Source: Chlorokybus atmophyticus (taxonomy: Eukaryota; Plantae; Mesostigma and Chlorokybus algae). From it: a stretch of 64,000 nucleotides of DNA. Made by a program: the position numbers and the translations under genes. The stretch's first letter is position 1, and each line of letters begins with the position of its first letter. The stretch spans positions 492,650 through 556,649 of the forward strand of contig RHPI01000193.1 in NCBI GenBank assembly GCA_009103225.1, given 5' to 3'. This document shows positions 13,025-23,716 of the stretch, piece after piece. Below the pieces are notes generated by a model that made no database searches, was not told the DNA's origin, and was given only the letters and a program-made list of their open reading frames with translations.

Positions 13025-16000
13025 CTATGTTGTCGTCGTCTTTTCTTCTGCTGCACTCTGGTTCACCTCCTCCTTGCGTGCCTCCAGGGTCACCTCTTCC
13101 CCTTCCGTTTTCTGTTCCTGGTTTACAACCTCTTGCGGGCTGCCCGGCTTCTTCCCCATATCACCTGCAAACTGAATCAACACTCGACATATGTCTAGAT
13201 GCTGCTCAGGAGCGACACTCGAGCCGTAAGGAAGAAAACAGATGGAGGAGTAATTGTCGTAGCAGCCGCAGTTTTTGGCTAGATGAACTGGTTCAAAAGC
13301 TATATGCTGCGGTGATCACACGTTACCTGTACAGTCGTCTCCAGGGGTTGAATTTTGTGGCATTGTCAAGTTTGAAAACGTGGTTGTAGCAACATTATCT
13401 TGCTTCGTTGCGGATGGTGTCTGTTTACAACAACCAGGAAGCTTAAGGCAACAACAAGTGCGATGTGTGTCAAAGAAATTACTCACTGCAAACCACTTAC
13501 AGTTGGACTGGCAGCAGGAAGAAAATCAGGCTGGCCTGTGCTGTTCATGAGGCGCGCCCACATGCGGTCGCGCACGTCAAGATGGTTGGTCTCTGTGACT
13601 TTCTGCGGAGACAAACACAGGAGATGCATCGAGTAACTTCTGCAGAGCAAGACCACCATCCATGCATCAATGCGTGCACGTGTACCTCGATCGGGATGAA
13701 GCAATGTCGCGCATTCACAGGGCCACATGTGAAACCGGTGAAACCTGTCCAACGAACCGCAGTCAGCTCTCTTATTGTTGGCTCTAATTCAAGCAAACAA
13801 TACTCACCTGCAAAGGCGCCGTGAACAACGGAGTGGGCAAGCAATGTGCAATACACGTTGTCCGATGCATTTGCTGGCACCGCGCGAACCATGTATGTGG
13901 GATCAATGTACTTGAGGTTGCACTGCAAAAGCAGTCACTCCATCAATGCACAACTCTTGAGATATGAGTAGCTGATGAACTGCCTGATGGTTGACTTACC
14001 GGCCGGCCCACGCTGATGAAGTAGTCATTGAGGCGCTGGCCAAGGTACAACCCGATATTCTGCAGCAGCACGTTCCCTGATGCGTCTCTGGCTGCTTCAC
14101 TCTTCCTGGCATACTCCGTCAAGAGTTCCTGTCCTGACAAGTAATGCACGGCATGAGCAGCAACAGAACTTGTTCGTAATTAACACTTGGCAGATGTCCT
14201 GCTGAGAACCTACCGGCTCCCTCGGCTACAACAATCAGGCAATGCCCGCACATCTTAAGCTTGAGGTCCACATACTCCAGCAGCCCGCCAGGACCATCCA
14301 ACTTGAATGGCACCTCAGGGATGAGACAACAGTCCTAATATTGTCATGCACAAGACAACATCAGTGCGTTCTAGCCACCAGTGGCCATGCTGTTCAGAAA
14401 GACGTTCGCCATCACGCAAATTGTGTGCAAGTCATGAGATGCATACCACATCTCGGGAAGCCAGCGTGGCAAACACGGCGATGAAGCCCGAATACCTTCC
14501 CATTAGCTTGACAAGACCAACGCCGTTAGGCGTCGACTCGGCCTCCACATGGGCTGCATTGATAGCTCTCTGCGCCTCTTCCACAGCCGTGTCAAAGCCG
14601 AATGATCGATCAATGACCTGTTGGCAATCAATGATGTGTTCCTTACCGATTCAACTGCTCGCAGGTGACAGAGTGCTAACACAAAGCCAGAGATGTGTGT
14701 AATATTATGCTCACAGGTATGTCGTTGTCAATGGTTTTGGGTATGCCAGCAACTGATACATGCATCTTGCGACGGACGGTTTCCTCATAGATAGCATTGG
14801 CGGCACGGTGCGTGCCGTCTCCACCTATGATGTACACCTGACGCACATGCATTAGCATCATCACATTGATTAACAAGCACATGCTGCTGCTATTCTGCTT
14901 GACGCATAGAATTCAACGAAGACAAGCCCTACAAACGGTGAAGCATGCACCTGGTTGATGTTGCGATCCGCAATGGAGTCGACAATGCGACCAATGTCAG
15001 CACCCCCTCTGCTCAAACTTGATGTATTAACACACCAATGCAGGCGCCTTCTTACAGCGTAAGCGCAAGCAGTGACAGACAGTTGCACACACTATAGGTT
15101 CTCACCTTGATGTCCCTAAAACTGTGCCGCCACGCTTGTGTATGTGACTGACAGTTGCGGGCGTCAACTCCAGCATATTTGCTGCATAAAAGCCACGGAG
15201 ACCATTCTGCAAAACAATACGCCATATGAGCATCTAAGCACGTCATTCAGATCAGCAACTCTGATGCTGCACGCTAGCAAGGGTTGAACTTGTGGCTTTG
15301 GCACATGGGTCAGTGCATCAAGTAGCAGTTGCACAGTACCTGTACTCCCCAGATGCTGCGAACCCCATACTGTGTCCACAACATAAACACAAGCTCCCTT
15401 ACAACTGTGTTGAGGCCAGGACACAACCCACCACATGTGACAATTGCAGCTCGAACGTCCTCTGATTTGAAGTAGACCTAAGTTACAGTGCTGTGTGAAG
15501 TGATATAGCTGGAAAGAAGCAACTGACACAACAGGCTGGTAACCTCGCAGAATTGCAATAGTGTACATATATATTGCGCATACCGGATCACGTGGCCCCG
15601 CCCGTAGGAAGAACTCAACGACACGCGAAGGGTGTGCTAAGTTAATAACGTTCCTCTTGCCAACCACTTCGTTTTCATCAACAAAGTACTCATCTCTGCG
15701 TGCAACATTGGTCATTTGCAGTACACACTCGCTCATAATGCAGGACACTGAATACGAGCTGACACCTGGCTGTGTACATAAAAGTGTGGACCTCCATTGA
15801 TGCAGATTGTAACAGCACTGCCCGAGATCGCTTTGTGACAAGGATGCACGTGCATGTGAACTTGCACAGGATTTTGAATATAGGGTACCTGCCGGATGCT
15901 GAATACGAAGGAGAATGCACCAGTGGGCTTGGGTACGCCTGCATTGCAAGGCTTTTAACAGCCATGCAGGATACAGCACTGCACTTGACACATAGCTAAT

Positions 16001-16782
16001 CAAGTTGTGCATGAGGCCAATGCAACATGCACTGCTGACAGGACAACGTGGTGTACGTGCCACAACACACACTGGTGATAGTGGTACCTCAAGGTCTGGA
16101 AAGAACTGTCGCAGATGTGGCACGCGCGACACCTTGATGTTGAAGCAGCGTTCTTCCTGAAGCTCAGCTGATGTCATAACAGCACTAGAGTCTGAGGAAG
16201 TTCCGTTCCCGTCAGTACTGCTTCTGGACGCTGTGGCGTACACCTGCGAGCCCACACTTCGGTGTGCTATCATCAAGCTACAAAGTGCACACAACACAAT
16301 GATGACCTGCAACGCTTTTGTCAAGCACCATGCTGAGCTAAAAACAAACGTCGGATTGCTTGTCAGCGGGCAACGCATTGCATCCGTGCACAATGTACGT
16401 GCATGTCCTTTAAGCACAGGGGGTACAGACAAGCAATCGTAGCGTTACAGCTCTTCACGGGCTTGAAGTTATTTGATAACTTGCCCTACGATATATCGAC
16501 TCAAGTGATAATATGTTTCAAAGAGAGCGAGAGAGACATGGGTTGCTTTTGCAAGCGTGACACGGCAAGCGACCTAACCTGACTGTTCCGTTGCTTGTTC
16601 TGATGCGCGCAAGCGTGCTTTGCGCCTATCAAGCTGACAGGTCTGCTACTGAAGCTGCTGCCAGCTGAACCAATCTGCTTCTTGCTGCCACCTTGCTGCC
16701 GCAGCAACGAAGGGTTGGTTGATGCGGTGGAGGCGCAGCTCCCCATTGCCACCACCGCGTTCATCATGGAAGAAGACTGCAT
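13025..16782 (-). CDS. PFK: ATP-dependent 6-phosphofructokinase, plant/algal type, probably plastid-targeted
   Basis: [121 protein letters not shown]. Ser/Ala/Arg-rich N-terminal exon. Two in-phase 3' exons end EEKTTTT* at 13025. Confidence 0.96.
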
Positions 16783-16890
16783 GCCGCTAACCCTCTGACC
16801 ACATCAACTCCCTTGATCATGCGCAAAACATCGCCGCCTGCACCCACCGCCGCCGCCAATGCGCATAACAGCAGCTGTGACGACATGCAT

Positions 16891-16955
16891 GCCAGCGTCA
16901 CGCTTGTACCCTCCTGTGTGCCAAGCATGACGCATGTAGCGCATGACGCATGACG
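16891..16955. promoter_or_regulatory. Motif cluster upstream of PFK (17-mer shared with the DGAT1 promoter, plus 3x GCATGACG)
   Basis: GCCAGCGTCACGCTTGT at 16891-16907 is identical to 7387-7403. GCATGACG occurs at 16925, 16941 and 16948. Confidence 0.4.
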
Positions 16956-17124
16956 GCGGTTCGCAGCAAGTTCAATTACGCCGCTGTTCGGGATTACGCT
17001 GTCACCAGATGGATCGCAGAATACGCCACGTAACGCTGCGTGGTTAGAACCCAACTGCGAACCCGGCGAAGTCTTGACCGCCTTACATGTCGCCCATCTG
17101 TTTTGCTTCTGCCAGGCTCAACTC

Positions 17125-17206
17125 TGGGCTTGTTCAGGGAGCGATGCCAAAGCATCTAGTTAAGTAACTCGGGAAGTTATCTGACCGCGTATCAGAATTA
17201 GGGTTT
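17125..17206 (+). promoter_or_regulatory. Site II-like TGGGCT and telo-box TAGGGTTT upstream of eIF5
   Basis: TGGGCT at 17125-17130 and TAGGGTTT at 17199-17206. This pairing is typical of plant translation-machinery promoters, but both motifs are short. Confidence 0.3.
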
Positions 17207-17676
17207 TGCGTAAGAGCGTAATTGCAAGCCGCGGGTAGCGTATATGAACTGCACAGGCGCCGCCATAGCTGGCAAAAGCAGGCGGCGGCGTTACGCGGGA
17301 GGTTGTTGGTGTGGTGGTTGTCGTCCTGGTCATTGGGTGCAAGTGTTGTTGAGAGCATTGTCTGCGTGTCGACGCGTTGGCGCCGTTGGGTGGCGAGCGG
17401 AGGTCTATGCAGTGTCTGTGCGCCCGCATGCCGGAGGGGTTTGACAGGTGGCCTCAGCCTTGCCTCAACGTTTGGCGACCTTTGCGTCCGCCCGCTACAG
17501 CTTCAGCTGCTGCTGTTGAGAGTTGCTTCTGTTGCATGCATCTGCAACTCAGAGAGGTTGGATTAACAGCCTCAACGTCCGTCTCAGCGTCTGGCCTGCT
17601 CCCGCCGGCTGCTGTACTCCGTCGGCGCATCCAAGTCATCAAGTAGCACCTTTCTTGAGCTCCCTGCCTTATCAAC

Positions 17677-19718
17677 ATGGCGGGCCTTCTCAATATTGGG
17701 CAGAGCAACAGCGATGACGCCTTCTACCGGTGAGTGGACATGCGTTTGTATGCCTGCCAGTGCGTAGCGTATATCACACTGCCCTACACGGTGTTTAGCG
17801 TTGTAGGGTTAGGGTAAGGCCAAACGCGATTGCATAGTGTGTGGAGCATGCGTCTTGATGCCTCGAAGTGCTCAGCCTTTGCTCAGTGCCTCATACGTTG
17901 TGTGTAGCGTCTGCACAGTGGACTTCACCAGAGCTGGTTGCATAGCTGTGTCCACTGTCGCAATACTTGAGCGCTAATATGAGCTGCCAATCATAGTTGG
18001 CTTTTTGTTCAGGCAGCTTGCGTATGGTTTGCACGTTATACGAGACACTTGCCAAAAAGTCAGGATTTGTCAGGATACGTGTTAGCTGTTAACCAAGACG
18101 AATCACTGCATACTCTGGTGCTGACTGCTTTTTGTACTGTAGGTACAAGATGCCGCGGCTCATTGCTAAGATTGAAGGCCGTGGCAACGGCATCAAGACG
18201 AACATCGTCAACATGGTCGATATCGCCAAGGCTTTGAGCCGTCCTCCAAGCTACACCACCAAGTTTTTCGGTTGTGAGCTTGGCGCACAGTCCAAGTATG
18301 ATGACAAGACGGCAGTGTCAATTGTTAATGGTGCCCACGATGGTTCCAAGCTGTCACAGCTTCTCGAAGGGTTCATCAAGCGCTTTGTGCAGTGCTACGC
18401 TTGTGGCAATCCCGAGACAGAGATCAACATTGGAAAGGTGCGCTTAGCAGTTGCAGTTATGACCAATTTGGATTGTTACTAGCTGTTACTCGGCGTGCTG
18501 ACATTCATGGTGCTGCAGGGCGAGATCATCACGCTGCAATGCAAAGCCTGCGGGAACGTATCCAACGTGGATATGCGCCACAAGCTGACAACATTCATCC
18601 TCAAGAACCCTCCTGAAAAGAAATCTTCAAAGAAGGAGAAGCAGCTGCGCCGCGCAGAGCAGGAGCGTCTGAAGACAGGTGAAGCCATCGATGCAGAGCA
18701 GAAGAAGTCATCAAAGAAAGACAAGGACAAGGACAAGAAGAAGAAGGACAAGGATGAGAAGAAGAAGAAGGGTGAAGAGCAGCAGGATGAACCTGCTCAA
18801 GAAGAGGTGCAAGACCAAGGCTCCAATGAAGATGAGGAGGAAGAGGAAGAGGACGTCGAGTGGATGACTGATACCTCAGCAGCAGCAGTCAAAGCACGCA
18901 TGCAGGAGCAGCTTACGACTGCTACCAGTGAGATGGTTAATGTCGGCAATGGAGATATTGTGGAGGGAGAGTCTCCCAAGGACAAAAAGGAGAAGAAGGA
19001 CAAAAGTAAGAAGAAAGATAAGAAAGACAAGGACAGTGGGAAGGAAGAGGAGCCATCAGAAAATGGCAGTGGCAATGGTGACGTTGACCACGAGGAAGAG
19101 TCTCCAAGGGATGTGAAGGACAAGAAGGACAAGAGCAAGAAGAAGGAGAAGAAAGACAAGGACGATGGCAAGCAGGAGGTGGAGACGCCAGACAAGGAGC
19201 TCGCTGAGCTCAGCATGCATGACAAGCTTATAGAAGAAATGCAGGAGTACCTCTCTGGTCCTGGCAAGGACCCGGCCAATGCCGTAGCCTTTCTCGATGC
19301 TATGTTGCTCGACTCAGAGCAGGCCAAGATGGACCTCCTGTGCGAAGCTCTGTTCGGCTCAGAGCCGTCTGTGGCCAAAGCAGTCTTCAAGAAGAAGGGC
19401 TACTTGGCTGCAGCTGCGACTGACACAGAAGCCCAGGCTCGCATCCTTCTCGCCATGGAGGCCGTGTGCTCTCAGTCGCCAGCCCGTGCCAAGGAGATTG
19501 CTGTTGCCCTGAAGGTGCTCTATGATGAGGACATTGTTGATGAGGAGGTCATCTTTGCGTGGTACGATGGCAAGGCTAGTGCTGGCAGGCAGGAGAACGG
19601 CCATGCCAATGGCTCCGCCAATGGAGCTGTGGACGCACCCGCCATGCGCAAGTGTGCGTTTCCGTTCATCAACTGGCTTCGTACTGCGGACGAGGAAGAG
19701 TCGGAAGAGGAAGATTAG
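17677..19718 (+). CDS. EIF5: Eukaryotic translation initiation factor 5
   Basis: Exons 17677-17729, 18143-18437 and 18519-19718. [33 protein letters not shown], zinc ribbon [15 protein letters not shown]-terminal W2 domain ([34 protein letters not shown]). Confidence 0.98.
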
Positions 19719-20807
19719 TGAGTCCATGTGTGTGTTTGGGTTTTTGGCGCCAGGGTAAATGTGACACAACAAGCGGTTGTGACTGGCCTTGCTGTAGTAC
19801 TGTAAGACATGCTGGCTTTTTGTGCGTAAAGCTGGAAGCTCAACAAGCATGCAATTGGGATGTCATGTCCAATGACAAAACTGCAGTTCCGTTGTGAGTG
19901 TGGCGTTAATGATGTTTGCCTGCTGGATACACTGGGTTGGTAAGATAGGTGGCAGCACCTCAGAATGCATGGTGACAATGCCATGTGCCTGTTGTTGCAA
20001 TCACACCGCTGCTGTGCAAGTCACCAACCTTGTGTTATGTGTTCAACGCAGACCATGTGCACTGCGCACGTCGCCAACTCATGCGCTATGAGAAGAAACG
20101 CACCCAAATGCCCATCTGTTGCACACTCGACCACATGCACGCATGCATACACACCATCACTCATTCCAAATCCCGCTGCATTTGCTGCAATTCGACAGAG
20201 TTTAATGTTTGGAAAATGCATACTGCATTACTGGACCTTGTGACCGTTTGACATATTACAGAGCGAGAGGTACTGCATACTGCCAGATAGTAAGTGTGTA
20301 TATACGCTGTCCATGATTTTGAGTTGTGAGTGTGTTGTACACCTGAAGTGCTGATGGTGGATGCACAGTCCGTCAGCACAGTAAAATCAAGAAAACGCCA
20401 GTGCACTTTGAGAATGAAACTGCTCAAGCACACCACAATCTGGAAACTTGGTGCACAAGCAAGCTATCTGTTAAGACTACATGCCTTGCATGGGGGTAAT
20501 GCATCAAGCACACAATGCCACATTTTTGCGTTAGCTTGCAACAACCTCAGTATCCATAGCTGGCCTAGTGCAAACAAAACACGTATGTGAAAGTCAATGT
20601 ATAACAGCGCAACACCTAGTCCCAAGATATGGTCCTGCACATCCGCACACGCAGCACTTTGCGCGCAACAACGCAAATTGCGAGGTGTGCGCGCCACGCA
20701 CGAGTCAATAGCGTTTGCATCCAACACTACAGAAAAACTAAGCGTACACAATCCCAGACACCCTCACCCCCACAAGCCCTCACCCCCACAAACCCCCACA
20801 AACCCAC

Positions 20808-22713
20808 TCATTTCTTGCCGCTGTTGCTCGGCATCATCTGCAGCAACCACTCGATCCCCGGCTCCACCCCCTCCCCCGTGCGCGCGTTGGTCGGTAATAT
20901 GTGCCACGGGTTGCTGTTGATCTTGCGCAAGTTGAGGCCCTGAGACAGACACTGTGTGTGTCATGTACATATACATACTGTTGACAGACGACGAAGAGAA
21001 AGTGGGAGTGTGTTTGTACTGTTGATGTGGCATATAGTATAGAGCTAGGCATGCTCGCCATTCAATTGCACACATACATAACCATAGAACCCAGCAGGTC
21101 TTAAGTTAGGGAGAGGGTTGCAGTCTTTTCTTCAGTGCAGCTCTACTGAGTATGCATCCTCTTAGGTAAATACCAGACCGTCATCTGAATGATGGGATGA
21201 CAAAGCCACATGCAGACAGGCGTGATACACGCACATATATGCAAGTGCGTGCATGCAAACACACGAGCTTGCACGCACGGGCACATCATGTGTACTAAGG
21301 TTTTGACCTGCTTGACGTCCTCCACGTCGAGGGCGCCCGCGCAATCGCATTTGTTGGCAAGGAACAGCACTGGCACTCCTCTGCACAAGTACATAAATCA
21401 TCAAATCATTACCACATAGAAGGTGCGTCTGCATGCGCGTCAACGTGTGTTGATACACGTGTCGACAGTGCATGTTGACAAAGGCACACATGTGCGACAT
21501 CGATGTGCACCCATGTTTTGACGGAAGTTGTGCAACACGCGTACACATACACACTTTGCATATGCATAACAGTCCAGCGTGCGTGCGTGCGTGCGTGGGC
21601 GTTTGATAAAGGATATGTGCGTCACTCGCCTTGACGCGACGTCCGGGTGTGCGAGCAGCGTGCGCAGCTCGTCGGCCGCCACGCAAAGACGCAGCTTGTC
21701 CGTCGAATCCACCACGAAGATGATACCCTGAGAGAGAGCACATGACAGTGAAGGAGAGATTGTGTTTGATTATGTGAGTGAGGGCGTGAATGAGTGAGTG
21801 TGATGGATTGAACGGGTGAGAATAATAGATACAGCGAGTGAGGATGCATGGGCAGAAGGTTGAGAGTGTAACGAGTGCGTGAGCAAGTGTTTGTGAATAG
21901 GTCAGTGAGTGCGTTGCCTTCAGCGAGTGAGGTGACACTCAGGTAGTAAAGTGAGTGAGGATGTGTGATCCATGTGTCATTGAGCGATGATTCAGTGCTT
22001 GCCTTGGCTTCTCGGTAGTACTGCTCCCACAGGTTTCTGTACCGTCCCGCTCCCGACATGTCGAAGGCGGTTATGGTCAGACCGCCTCGGCTGAACTCAT
22101 CCACCTGTTGTGATGAGCGAAAGCAACTGAGACAAACCGAGAGAAATGCCACACCACAAGCATAGATGCGCACACATGTGCACAGATGCGCGAACGCATG
22201 CAGGCACGCGCGCAACGATTGACACATGAGTGAGGAAAGAACACTCGGCAGAAGGGGTACACACGTGTGCGTGTGCGTGTGCGCGCGCGCGTCTGCGTGC
22301 AGTGCTGGTGCATTGTGTGCGTGGTGCACGTGTACGTGCAGATGCATACAAGAGCACGCGCGCAAGGGTGTGGTGCACATGTGCATGTGTGCGTGCACAA
22401 GCGCGTGCGTGGCTGTTCCCGTGAATGCGCACGTGTGTGTCTGCAGTCATGAGCGTGCGCGTGTTCTTGATTACGCACTCAACCACAAGCAACATGGCAA
22501 CTCAAGCACACCCACCCACCCACCCCCTCTCCTCACCGTAAACCCGACCGTGGGCGCCGTCCCCTCCTCCCCTGTATTAGTACCACCCCTCATCCGTCCC
22601 AGCAGCGTGCTCTTCCCGCCGTTGTCGAGGCCCACCACCAGCACCGCCGCGCGGGAGTCGCGGTCGATGCGGGCGAGGCCGAAGGAGGAGAGGAGGGAGC
22701 GGAGACGACCCAT
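20808..22713 (-). CDS. ARL6: ARF-like small GTPase ARL6/BBS3 (ciliary, BBSome recruiter)
   Basis: MG start, VVGLDNGGKST, PTVGFTV, FDMSGAGRYRNLWEQYYREAK|GIIFVVDSTDKLRL, LLAHPDVASRRVPVLFLANKCD, PWHILPTNARTGEGVEPGIEWL. DMSG.GRYRNLWE.YY is characteristic of ARL6. Confidence 0.92.
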
Positions 22714-23659
22714 CGATGTGGGGATGTCGGGGAGTTGTGTCGAGAAAGCGGTGGGGTGTAGGGGAGAAGTTGTGTCGGAGTGGGTGGGTGTGGAAGATGT
22801 GTGTCGAGGGGGTGGGTGGAGGTGGGTGGGGTTGGGTTCTGGTGAGGGTGGGTGGGTGGTGTGGGGATGCTGGGTGTGTGGAAAGGGGCGAAGCTGTCGT
22901 GGGTGGGGAGGTGGGGTGGGTGTGGGAGAGTGGGGTGGGTGGTGCGTGTTGGGAGGTGGTGTGTCAAGAGATGAGCTCCAAAACGCTATGTGTATCCTAG
23001 CTCCTCTGCGTGCTGTAATGACTGATAACTACCAGTATCATCAGTTCCACGTGATCGCTGGCAGTGAAGTACAGTCATAGGCTCTTCCTAAGCTTGAGTG
23101 CATCACATAACCAAGAGTCAAGAAATCTGGTTGTGTTGCTTGGTTGCTTGTTGTGGTCTCGCAGTTATTGGTGTGTGATGTTTTGTTTCGTGAATGCTGA
23201 AAGTGATCCCTCCTTGCCGCCGCCCTGAGGCAAGCCTTTGAAGTTGACACACAGTACGTGTTGCTTGTGTGTGTTTTGGTGCGCACGTGACCTGAGCAGA
23301 GAGCCGTCAGATTGCTCCCGAATCACAGCAGACCCGGTCAATCGAACGGTCGGTTGAATCACTGGTCTAGTGTACTTCGAATGAAGCAATCATCAATAGG
23401 TTTGATTCACGACATCACTGATTCAACCATCATAGCGACGGCGGCGTTGTTGTCGGCGGCATTGTTGACGGCATTGTCGTGGGCGCAGTTGCATGGGTAT
23501 CGCACCGCTGGCGACGGCGCTTGCGCACCAAAGTAGAGGTGGGGATCACTTTTACCAGTGCCATTGCCATTGCCATACCATGCTATCCTGCTGCTGCTGC
23601 TGCTGCTAAGCTTGTTGACTTGTTCGCTTGAGCTCGTTCAAATCTTGACCAACTTGTCG

Positions 23660-23668
23660 CTTTTTATA
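23660..23668 (-). promoter_or_regulatory. TATA-box-like TATAAAAAG facing ARL6
   Basis: Canonical TATAAAAAG on the minus strand in the ARL6/NDUFAF7 divergent interval; function not shown. Confidence 0.3.
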
Positions 23669-23716
23669 GCTTGACAGCTCATTCACTGTAACTTGGCACA
23701 TTAGACGCAGTGATGT

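Noticed and set aside
15164-16432. 422-aa ORF on the minus strand
   Set aside because: Read-through of several PFK exons and introns that happen to stay open; not a separate gene.
17804-17820. Telomere-like TAGGGTTAGGG in eIF5 intron 1
   Set aside because: Fewer than two full repeat units; compatible with chance or a telo-box variant.
18797-19390. 197-aa Ser/Phe/Leu-rich antisense ORF
   Set aside because: Shadow of the K/D/E-rich eIF5 coding strand.
21162-23080. Long His/Thr/Cys/Val/Gly-rich ORFs (258, 258 and 284 aa)
   Set aside because: Stop-poor (CA/GT/GC)n and G-rich tracts in ARL6 introns and leader; the same artefact explains similar ORFs at 24-26 kb, 35-36 kb, 39-41.6 kb and 49.7-50.3 kb.
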